Below, piece after piece: positions 1 through 7,466 of a stretch of 58,140 nucleotides of DNA. The notes beneath the pieces are model-generated. The model ran no database searches, was not told the origin of the DNA, and worked only from the letters and a program-made list of their open reading frames with translations. This stretch comes from an uncultured Verrucomicrobiota bacterium (GTDB lineage: Bacteria > Verrucomicrobiota > Verrucomicrobiia > Limisphaerales > UBA1096). The translations under genes were made by a program, and so were the position numbers. How positions within the stretch are numbered: position 1 is the first letter of the stretch; the number at the start of each line of letters is the position of its first letter. The stretch lies in contig CAJWEP010000001.1 in NCBI GenBank assembly GCA_913030945.1, forward strand, positions 1 through 58,140, written 5' to 3'.

Positions 1-162
1 TCACGGATAGATAGGGGTATGGGTTTATCATCCTTGAAGCTCTTCAAACCAGATCTGTGAAAATCTGCAGGGCCGTGCTGGAGTCCTGTTTCAATTCTCC
101 ATTCACCTTGAGCGTCAACCGAATCTGGACCGTCTTGTTGGGCTCTTCAGAAAGCTGGCTCA

Positions 163-1773
163 TCATCGTTGCTTGACTCCACTGTAGTTCACATCAACAG
201 CAATGGTTTTACCCAGGCTCCTTGTTAATTCACCAGGGCCGGATCGCATAATAACTCGCTGCTCTGTCCAATGATCTCGATACCATGAGCATTCTTTAAA
301 TTCATCATGAATAGAAGTGAGCTTTTTATTCAATTGTTTGCGCAGTCCTGTTAGTTTTGTTTTATAACTTGGGTTTGTCGCCAGATTTACCTTTTGCTTC
401 GGGTCATTTTTGTTGTCAAAGAGCAATTCCCTTCCATCAAGCAGGTAGCGGGCATAGGTATATTGCTTGTTGCGTATCGCCCGCCATTCAAAGCCGTCTT
501 TCCATAGAAATGTGTGTCCCATGCCCTGCAAGAGCGCAAATTCAGGCTCAGGACCTTTTCTCCCTAAAGTGATTTCGGATAAATCCATGCCCTCAACTGC
601 AGGTGGGATTTTCTGCCGACAAAGTCCCAGGAGAGTAGGCATGATATCCGGTGTTGCCATGCATGCATCAGACTGTGCGCCCGCAGGAATTGTTCCCGAC
701 CAGCGTATAATAAAGGGCACACGCGCGGACTCCTCATAGAACGTCATTTTAAAAACCCGCCCCTGGGCCCCAAACATCTCACCATGATCGGAGACAAAAA
801 TAACGATGGTATCTCCGGCCAATCCGGTTTCCTCTAGGACCTGCATAATGCGCCCAATTTCATGATCCAACGCGCTTGTCATGCCATAGTAGGCACGCAT
901 CATGTTTTCGAGATTCGGTTTCCAGTGGGATAACCAACGTTTTGGATTGGTGTTCCTGTCCATGAGCGGATCTGGCGTATCTTTCCAGGTCGATGGCAAT
1001 GGAAAATCCATGTTGGCAAAAGGCTCATAAAACGCCCTCGGGCAATTTCCCATCGTGAACGGATCGTGGGGCGGGCTATAAGCGACAACCATCGCAAACG
1101 GATCTTCTGATTTGGCATGTTCCTTTAAGCGCGCTATCGCCAAGTCAGTGAAGTGGGTGCTTTTAAACTCACCTCTGGTTTTTGTTTCTTCAGGACTATC
1201 TGTCCAATAACTATAATTGAAATTGTGGTGCCCGAAATTGTATGCCGCCCAGTAATCATCAAAACCCATGCGATAAGGCCCCGGAGGCACGTAATTATTT
1301 ATCGCCCCCGCATGCCCGCCTGCGCGATGAGCCCATAGGTGCCATTTGCCAATATGATCCGTCTTATAACCGGCTTTTTTCAAAACATGGGCATAGGTGT
1401 CATGATTGGGGTTCATGCGAAGCTCGTTAACAACGACCCCGGTGGAACTGGCGTATTTCCCTGTCATTAACGAGGCGCGGAAAGCAGAGCAGACGGGTGT
1501 GGACGCCACAAAATTTTCGTACAGCATACCCTGGCTGGCTAGCTTGTCGATATTGGGCGTAATCGCACGCTCGTCAGTTAAACCGATGGACTGGTAGCGC
1601 AGTTGATCCGCAATGAGAATCAATACATTGGGCTGCCTGTCAGCAGCTGACGCATTCCATAGGCAGGCACTGAAGATTATTATTGTGAGTGTTAAAGTGC
1701 GCATAGCTTGTCTAGTGCCCAACGTTGTGAATCGCCTGCAAAAAATGGCGCAGCTATTTCCCGTCAGGTGCAT
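163..1773 (-). CDS. Secreted sulfatase (arylsulfatase family, Cys-type)
   Basis: 536-aa ORF with hydrophobic N-terminal signal. Sulfatase blocks 'NVLILIADQLR', 'TPVCSAFRASLMTGKY' (C-x-A-x-R formylglycine motif), 'GKWHL', 'FVSDHGE'. Confidence 0.85.
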   Translation of the reverse strand: MHLTGNSCAIFCRRFTTLGTRQAMRTLTLTIIIFSACLWNASAADRQPNVLILIADQLRYQSIGLTDERAITPNIDKLASQGMLYENFVASTPVCSAFRASLMTGKYASSTGVVVNELRMNPNHDTYAHVLKKAGYKTDHIGKWHLWAHRAGGHAGAINNYVPPGPYRMGFDDYWAAYNFGHHNFNYSYWTDSPEETKTRGEFKSTHFTDLAIARLKEHAKSEDPFAMVVAYSPPHDPFTMGNCPRAFYEPFANMDFPLPSTWKDTPDPLMDRNTNPKRWLSHWKPNLENMMRAYYGMTSALDHEIGRIMQVLEETGLAGDTIVIFVSDHGEMFGAQGRVFKMTFYEESARVPFIIRWSGTIPAGAQSDACMATPDIMPTLLGLCRQKIPPAVEGMDLSEITLGRKGPEPEFALLQGMGHTFLWKDGFEWRAIRNKQYTYARYLLDGRELLFDNKNDPKQKVNLATNPSYKTKLTGLRKQLNKKLTSIHDEFKECSWYRDHWTEQRVIMRSGPGELTRSLGKTIAVDVNYSGVKQR

Positions 1774-1804
1774 TCTTTTGTTCTGCCGGGTTTCGTTCCA
1801 TTTG

Positions 1805-3280
1805 CTACTGCTCCGCGGCAGCCTTTGTGTAGATGGAGTTCATCTTCCAGGAGGAAATGGTCTTAATCGTCATGTCGCCGCCTTTGCTGAATAAACTGAT
1901 GTGAAGATCCATTGGATCGTACTCGTGCCAGGCCACCGCAGCCTGGCGGTCGTTGGCAAAAACCTCGATCATGCTCTTGTCGATGAAGATCCGCAAGGTG
2001 AGGTCCTCTCCTTTCTTCAGCTCGAACGGAGGATTGATATAGCCGACGGTCAAGGTCTTGCTCGCGTGGCGGGAAGCGATCGTGAAGCCGTTACTCCCGT
2101 CTTCACCACACAGCACCTTGATCCCGAACTCACTGGCCGAGGAGGAGTCCAGAACGAGTTCCAGTTCCATCGTGTCGCCGGTAATCTCCTTTAGGAGGTG
2201 GGTCGTATCACTTTTTACCGTGATATTCTGCTCTCGCCTCGGATCAGATCGTAGCTGTTTCAGCTCACGCAAGGGTTTTATGCGCAACACCCCATCCTCT
2301 GGAAGGCTGAGTTCGCGGGGAAGAGATTGGATACCCGGCTGAAGCTTGCCGTTCATTAGTGCATTAAAGTTCTTCGTTCTGTCTACTTTTTGCATGTTGT
2401 TAACCCATGGCGTGCACCATGCCCACATCACTCGTCGGCCGTCGGGTATCAACAGTGATTCCGGAGCAAAAAAATCCCATCTGGCCCAGTTCATCAAAGC
2501 GTGATGATCCGGTAGAAACTTCTCGTCCCTGAAATCACCGAGATAATAGCGAGCGCCCAGGCCATGACTGATGCACAGAAGCATCCACTTGTCACCGATT
2601 TTGAATATGTTGGCGCAGGAAGTGTCTTCATCCTTGGGCACCCCCAAATCTTTCGGAAAGTTCGGGTGAAACAACTCGCCAAGGAATTCCCACTGTTTGA
2701 GATTTTTGGACTTTGCCAGGGTCGGGTTTTGGCCGCCGCCGAGAGAGTAATAGGAGTCGTCCATCAGCCAGCAATCGGGATCCCAGTGCCGCATCTTCGC
2801 TGGTTTGCCGTCCGCAGTCTGCGGTTCCACCGCGATGGATTCAGACCATTCGTTCAGGTCATCGTCCAGCGCAAAGGCGATCTGGTTCCTGCCGGAGCCC
2901 TGGCCGTGATAGATGATCGCAGGCTTGCCGTCCTTGGTCAGGAACGCAGTGCCGCTGAACATTCCGTGTCCCGTCCTGGGCGGCGTGAGCACGGTTGGGT
3001 GCCATTTCCAATGAACCATATCCGTGCTTGATACGTGAGCGAAGGAGTGCCCTTTGCTCTGGTGGATATAGTGCAGATGGCAGCGCCCTTTGTGGAATAT
3101 GGCACAGTTCGGATCCGCAGGGATCGCCTTGTCGGGCCCTGGATGCGCCAGGTGGTACGTCAGCCAAGTCTGCGGCGGGTTCTCCGGCATCACAGGCATA
3201 TCCTGGTTTGTTTTCAGCGTCTGTGCGGTACACACCGCAGTGATCAGAGTAATGATGAGTCCTGTTATATATGATTTCAT
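1805..3280 (-). CDS. Glycoside hydrolase family 32-like (beta-fructosidase/levanase fold), secreted
   Basis: 'ADPNCAIFHKGRCHLHY' resembles the GH32 WMNDPNG nucleophile block. 'MFSGTAF' is present, and the C-terminal beta-sandwich 'IDKSMIEVFANDRQAAV' is typical of GH32_C. Start placed at the signal peptide MKSYITGLIITLITAVCTA (ATG at 3280); the track start at 3367 is an in-frame upstream extension. The usual acid/base 'EC' block is not obvious. Confidence 0.7.
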   Translation of the reverse strand: MKSYITGLIITLITAVCTAQTLKTNQDMPVMPENPPQTWLTYHLAHPGPDKAIPADPNCAIFHKGRCHLHYIHQSKGHSFAHVSSTDMVHWKWHPTVLTPPRTGHGMFSGTAFLTKDGKPAIIYHGQGSGRNQIAFALDDDLNEWSESIAVEPQTADGKPAKMRHWDPDCWLMDDSYYSLGGGQNPTLAKSKNLKQWEFLGELFHPNFPKDLGVPKDEDTSCANIFKIGDKWMLLCISHGLGARYYLGDFRDEKFLPDHHALMNWARWDFFAPESLLIPDGRRVMWAWCTPWVNNMQKVDRTKNFNALMNGKLQPGIQSLPRELSLPEDGVLRIKPLRELKQLRSDPRREQNITVKSDTTHLLKEITGDTMELELVLDSSSASEFGIKVLCGEDGSNGFTIASRHASKTLTVGYINPPFELKKGEDLTLRIFIDKSMIEVFANDRQAAVAWHEYDPMDLHISLFSKGGDMTIKTISSWKMNSIYTKAAAEQ

Positions 3281-3372
3281 TATGTATTCCCTTGCATAAA
3301 GGTCAGCATTGAGTTTCGGCGCGTCTGGCGACGTAAACTCCAATGCTTTGTTGAACTTCCTGCGCATATCGT

Positions 3373-3684
3373 CTATTTGCTGTCCTCACTCTCCTGCATG
3401 GCTGCGCTGATGTCCTTAAGATCAAAATCGAGAAAGGCGTAGCCTCTGCCATCCTCCGCACCACTGGCGATAAGCAGTTCTACGATTTCCTCACGACCTT
3501 TAATAGCCGCATGATGCAAAGGAGTCATACCTCTCTTATTCTTCGCATTCACATCTGCGCCAGCTGCAATGTGCTTTTTAACGGCTTCGGTGTTCCCTTC
3601 CTTAGCGGCTGTCCATATATCCCCACTGGGCCCGCACCCCACCAGCACCAAGGCTGCGACGATTGCGATCAGTTGTGATTTCAC
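3373..3684 (-). CDS. Ankyrin-repeat lipoprotein
   Basis: Ankyrin consensus 'GADVNAKNKRGMTPLHHAAIKGREEIVELLIASGA'. Lipobox 'ALVLVGC'. Start placed at in-frame GTG 3684 (VKSQLIAIVAALVLVGC), by analogy to the MKHLL..LVGC signal peptides of the 29-32 kb array. Confidence 0.7.
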   Translation of the reverse strand: MKSQLIAIVAALVLVGCGPSGDIWTAAKEGNTEAVKKHIAAGADVNAKNKRGMTPLHHAAIKGREEIVELLIASGAEDGRGYAFLDFDLKDISAAMQESEDSK

Positions 3685-4132
3685 GGTGAGCCGACACTCA
3701 TCCCGTTGAGCGCAGTTTTCAAGGCGTTTTAACTGTTGCCGCAAAATGCTTTCAGCCTTAAAAATTAAAGGTTGATGGCTGAACCGAAATCATACGAGCC
3801 AGTCAGCCAGAGAGGCAGAGAGGCAATCGGAGCGACCTACAAGTTTTACTCAGTTAGCGATTAAAGCTATTTCGGTGGTTCTGATTCCGCACGATGAGAT
3901 TTGGTGGGTTCCATTTTCAGAGCTCAAAGGAAGGCATTCGATCTGCACCAATATCGAGCGGGACGGGCTGGCTGAGTATCGCGGTGCCACCGACGGCCTC
4001 AAAAAAGTGGCACCAGAAGTGGCACCAACAATTTGATTGTTCAAAAAATCCCATGAACATCGGCTGAAGTGAACCCCGAGTTTATCTTCCTCCCCTGAAC
4101 CAAGCCGATGAAAGCAGGCCTGGGGGATCACC

Positions 4133-4573
4133 TTATCCGGCAGCGGCCTCGTCCTTTTTTTTCTTCACTTCGCCTTTCTTCCTGGCCTTGGCCTCGAGCA
4201 AGTCGATGCGCGCCGCGAATCCCTCCGCCGCCTCGATCAATTTCTCGGGCATCACCGGCTGCACCATCCAGCCGGTTCCTCCCGCCGATTTTGCAGCCTC
4301 TTTCCGTTCGTCGTCCGAAATGTCTGAAATAACGACCACCGGCGTTTCCTTGTGCTCCGGCAGGGAGCGAATTTTTCGCGTGAAGTTCGGGCCATCCATG
4401 TCAGGCAGTTGGCAGCCGGAAAAAATGATGTTCACCGGTTCAGTCTCTGTGAGTTCCAGTCCCTGTGCGCCATCCTCCGCCTCGAGCACCTCATGGCCGG
4501 CCGCAGTCAGCGTCACCTGAACCATCTTCCGCCAGGTCGGCGAACCATCAACAATGAGTATTGTCTTTCCCAT
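4133..4573 (-). CDS. Single-domain CheY-like receiver protein, atypical (pseudo-receiver) with Lys-rich tail
   Basis: 'MGKTILIVDGSPTWRKMV...EAEDGAQGL...IIFSGCQLPDMDG...PVVVISD...GWMVQPV' aligns along CheY. Start at ATG 4573; the 264-aa track ORF is an upstream extension with no homology signal. Confidence 0.8.
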   Translation of the reverse strand: MGKTILIVDGSPTWRKMVQVTLTAAGHEVLEAEDGAQGLELTETEPVNIIFSGCQLPDMDGPNFTRKIRSLPEHKETPVVVISDISDDERKEAAKSAGGTGWMVQPVMPEKLIEAAEGFAARIDLLEAKARKKGEVKKKKDEAAAG

Positions 4574-4719
4574 ATCTGCTGAGTCCCGGTTTTCGCGGGC
4601 TCCATGCACCACGCCAGCGGCCGAGTGTCGGGAACCCCCTGTCCAAGAGCAAGCCACGAGTGAATCCCGTGAAATCGCAGCAGCCATGCCAAGCGCTTGG
4701 GCTCCCCAAATCCGACTTG

Positions 4720-5412
4720 ATGTTGGAGCGTAGGAGGACAAACCTCGCGGCCGTGGTTCTGAAACTCCATTTCGCGGATTTAACCTGCCGGACCGCATTC
4801 CTGCTTGCCTTGATGCTTGCCGCACCGGCCCTAGGTCAGGAGGCGTCGAACATTGATTCCTTCGAGGCGGCAACGGTATCCCTACGATTCCCGTCATCCG
4901 ATGGAGACTACCACCTCGTGCAGGCAAGCCGGGACCTGAAAAAATGGGTGATCGTGGGCCAGTATCCGGGCAACGGACAAGTAGCCTGGTTCAAGGATCT
5001 CCGCAGCCAACTGGGGGAGACTCATTTTTACCGGGTGGTCACAAAATCTGAACTGTTTCAGGATGGACTTCTTGACCGGGAGTGGAAGCTGTTCGCCTTC
5101 CATGAAGCGGACGAGATCACCCGGCCCAAGACAGGGCGCAAGCACACACTGAACTTGACCCGCAACGGCAATGTCACCGGCAGGAACGACTGCAACAGCT
5201 ATTTCGGCACCTTCACACTGGAGAAAGGCAACTGGCTGAAGTTTGGGAAAGGCTTCGACTCCACAGAGATGCTGTGCATGCCCGGTTCACTCGACTTCAA
5301 GTTCTTCGAGATGCTGCATATGTCAAAGGGTTTCGAGGTGGATGGCAACAAGCTGAAGCTCTTTTACGGCGACAACGCCGAGCGCTGGATGGAGTTCAGC
5401 GAGAGTGACTGA
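4720..5412 (+). CDS. Secreted META (HslJ-like) domain protein
   Basis: C-terminal 'REWKLFAF...LNLTRNGNVTGRNDCNSYFGTFTLEKGNWLKFGKGFDSTEMLCMP...FEVDGNKLKLF' matches the META domain pattern. Start at ATG 4720 gives the signal peptide 'LLALMLAAPALGQEA'. Confidence 0.7.
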   Translation: MLERRRTNLAAVVLKLHFADLTCRTAFLLALMLAAPALGQEASNIDSFEAATVSLRFPSSDGDYHLVQASRDLKKWVIVGQYPGNGQVAWFKDLRSQLGETHFYRVVTKSELFQDGLLDREWKLFAFHEADEITRPKTGRKHTLNLTRNGNVTGRNDCNSYFGTFTLEKGNWLKFGKGFDSTEMLCMPGSLDFKFFEMLHMSKGFEVDGNKLKLFYGDNAERWMEFSESD

Positions 5413-5446
5413 CCCACCGGCCAACGGGAAATCTCATGGGGAAATG

Positions 5447-6622
5447 TCAGCGCTTGGCCAAGTCACGGACATAAACGTTCGCAAAGTCGATTGGGCCGGT
5501 CGGCACAATCTTCAACGGCCCTCGGGCCGGCACGCTGCCTAGTTTTTTGTCGGTGAAAACCGGCTTGCCGTTGACGTTCAGGCTAAGCCGGTCGCCGCGC
5601 AACCCGCCCTCGAACCGGTTCCAGTTGCGCCCCTTCAAAACCAGAGTGTCCTTGTACAACGAAGGCGCAATCGTGATGGCCGTCGCCTTCGAGCCGCGAA
5701 GCTGGAACGCACACGGCTGGCTTTCCCCGGACACGCGAACATCAAAGATAAAGCCAAAGTCACCGAACAACTCGGCGGTCTGGATCGACTTGTCCGTCGC
5801 CTCCGATTTGCCGTCGAAACGAAACATCCAGTTGCGCGACTGCCAATGTGGCTCGCTGCCTTTGCCCAGACGCCACCCGGAAAAATCGACGCCCGAGTAC
5901 AAGCAGCGATAACCTCGATTGGAAATAGCCACCTGCCCCGGCTCAAGCGGTGTCGCTGGCAGTTCCCTGATGCGCAGGTTACGGTAATGCACCACGCCTC
6001 CCTCCGACTCGAGGCAGATGTAGCCCTTGCGCGGGCTAGCCTCCCTGCCGCGCGTGACCACCTTACCGTTGACCGCCAGCGAGATGTTCCCGTCATTGCA
6101 AACGATCCGGTAATGGTTCCACTCCGGGCTGGGTCTGGAGCGAAACTCCGTCGGGAACGCCCGGCTGCCACCCCGTCCATTGACCGGCGTCATCGTCGCG
6201 CCGTGGATCGGAAAAATGTCGCCGTGCACCGTGTGCCCCCCGGAGTTCCCGTAGGCATTTTCCAGCACCTGCACCTCAACGCTGCGGTGAAATGGCTGTC
6301 CGCGCGCCGTGATGTCGTCGGCCCAGACAAAAATCCCGGCGTTGCCCCTGGGCTTCATATGCCGCCACTCCACCTCCATGATGAAGTTTTGGTACATCCG
6401 CACCGTGCGCAACTCGCCAGTCGGCTGGCCGGAGCACACGATCATTCCGTCGCGCACCGTCCAGGTCGACGGCGCAGTGTTCACCGGCACCCAGCCGGAA
6501 AGGTCCTTCCCGTTGAACAGCGGCCGAAATCCGTTCTCCGCCTTTTCCTCAGCGGCAGCCGATGCAGCCGACAGCGAAACGGCGGCAACAAAACGAATGA
6601 TCCTCTTTTTGTCGAAACGCAT
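5447..6622 (-). CDS. Secreted protein with two DUF1080 (3-keto-disaccharide hydrolase-like) domains
   Basis: 'FRPLFNGKDLSGWVPVN...WTVRDGMIVCSG...NFIMEVEWRH...GNAGIFVWA...YRNLRIREL', followed by a second repeat 'LYSGVDFSGWRL...FANVYVRDL'. Confidence 0.8.
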   Translation of the reverse strand: MRFDKKRIIRFVAAVSLSAASAAAEEKAENGFRPLFNGKDLSGWVPVNTAPSTWTVRDGMIVCSGQPTGELRTVRMYQNFIMEVEWRHMKPRGNAGIFVWADDITARGQPFHRSVEVQVLENAYGNSGGHTVHGDIFPIHGATMTPVNGRGGSRAFPTEFRSRPSPEWNHYRIVCNDGNISLAVNGKVVTRGREASPRKGYICLESEGGVVHYRNLRIRELPATPLEPGQVAISNRGYRCLYSGVDFSGWRLGKGSEPHWQSRNWMFRFDGKSEATDKSIQTAELFGDFGFIFDVRVSGESQPCAFQLRGSKATAITIAPSLYKDTLVLKGRNWNRFEGGLRGDRLSLNVNGKPVFTDKKLGSVPARGPLKIVPTGPIDFANVYVRDLAKR

Positions 6623-6642
6623 GATGGGCGGAGAGTGCCCAC

Positions 6643-6663
6643 GGCCAAGCGCTTGGCCAAGCG
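6643..6663. repeat. Intergenic doublet of the iterated palindrome
   Basis: ggccaagcgcttggccaagcg contains the overlapping palindromes CCAAGCGCTTGG and GCTTGGCCAAGC. It lies in the divergent DUF1080/tetR spacer. Confidence 0.8.
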
Positions 6664-6727
6664 GAATCCCCGGCTGACCGGCAGCCGGCCAACGGCGGAA
6701 CTGGGCGCCGCACCCAAAAAAACAGGG

Positions 6728-6756
6728 TTGACGTCCGGAGCGCCGGCGGCTAAAAC
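6728..6756 (+). promoter_or_regulatory. Sigma70-like promoter of the tetR-efflux operon
   Basis: TTGACG (6728-6733), 17-nt spacer, TAAAAC (6751-6756), 33 nt upstream of the tetR ATG. Confidence 0.4.
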
Positions 6757-6782
6757 AAACGCCTGTTTCAAACAGTCGTTTG
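6756..6782. promoter_or_regulatory. Candidate TetR operator (13-1-13 inverted repeat)
   Basis: CAAACGCCTGTTT-C-AAACAGTCGTTTG. The arms are reverse complements at 12 of 13 positions. It abuts the -10 box and ends 6 nt before the tetR start. Confidence 0.5.
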
Positions 6783-6788
6783 AATTAA

Positions 6789-7466
6789 ATGGCAAAAACG
6801 GACACCAAGACACGAATTCTCGACACCGCCGAGCGGCTGTTCGCCCAAAAGGGGTTCGATGCCGTGTCGCTGCGCACCATCATCGCCTCGGCCAAGGTCA
6901 ACCTCGCGGCGGTGCATTACCACTTCGGCTCGAAGCAGGCGCTGGTTCACGCGGTGATCTCCCGGCGGCTCCGCCCGATCAACGAGGAACGGCTGACCCA
7001 GCTTGCGGAGATCCGGATCAAGGCCGGCAGGCGACCGGTGAAACTGGAGCATGTGCTCGAGTGCCTGTTCCGTCCGCTGTTCCGCGTGCAGGCCAACTCC
7101 AAGGCCGGCCCCACCTTCGCGCGTCTAGTCGGACGCGTGATGGGGGAGCGCAACGAGGGGCTTCACAAGTTCATGATGGGCGAACTGGCCGAGGTGATTA
7201 TCCAGTTCAGTGCCGCGATTGAGGCCGCGTTGCCGGAACTACCCAAGGAGGAGTCCGACTGGCGCTCGCACTTCATGGCCGGCGCGATGGCGCACACGCT
7301 TTGCAACGCCGACCTACTCGTCCGCTTCACCGGCACCGACGCCGGCGCCTCCGATTACGAGTCAACGGTGCGGCGGTTGATCGATTTCACCGCAGCAGGC
7401 TTCCGCGCCAGGGTCAGTCCGCCTCCGAAAAAAGCCCGGGCCAAGCGGAAGCCCAAAAGGACGTAA
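6789..7466 (+). CDS. TetR/AcrR family transcriptional regulator
   Basis: N-terminal HTH 'TRILDTAERLFAQKGFDAVSLRTIIASAKVNLAAVHYHFGSKQALVHAVI'. Stop abuts the next start (TAAATG). Confidence 0.9.
   Translation: MAKTDTKTRILDTAERLFAQKGFDAVSLRTIIASAKVNLAAVHYHFGSKQALVHAVISRRLRPINEERLTQLAEIRIKAGRRPVKLEHVLECLFRPLFRVQANSKAGPTFARLVGRVMGERNEGLHKFMMGELAEVIIQFSAAIEAALPELPKEESDWRSHFMAGAMAHTLCNADLLVRFTGTDAGASDYESTVRRLIDFTAAGFRARVSPPPKKARAKRKPKRT

Noticed and set aside
44-166. 40-codon minus-strand ORF (MMSQLSEEPNKTVQIRLTLKVNGELKQDSSTALQIFTDLV) whose ATG overlaps the sulfatase stop (ATGA)
   Set aside because: The stop/start overlap is suggestive of coupling. But the ORF is very short, has no recognisable motif and lies at the window edge, so the evidence is insufficient.
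4007-4026. Possible sigma-54 promoter (TGGCAC...)
   Set aside because: TGGCAC is present twice. The required -12 element (TTGC at the correct 5-nt spacing) is not, and no suitably oriented downstream gene exists.
4574-4927. Upstream extension of the receiver ORF. Analogous extensions occur at 3281-3367, 3685-3744, 14715-14813, 28865-29020, 31633-31740, 46378-46467 and 48683-48937
   Set aside because: Homology and signal peptides begin at internal start codons. The extensions overlap neighbouring genes or promoters and lack coding character.
5846-7222. 458-aa plus-strand ORF spanning the DUF1080 gene (antisense) and the tetR gene (alternate frame)
   Set aside because: Its Arg/Ala/Pro/Gly-rich composition is typical of non-coding frames in GC-rich DNA. 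It overlaps two genes with clear family signatures and has no recognisable motif.
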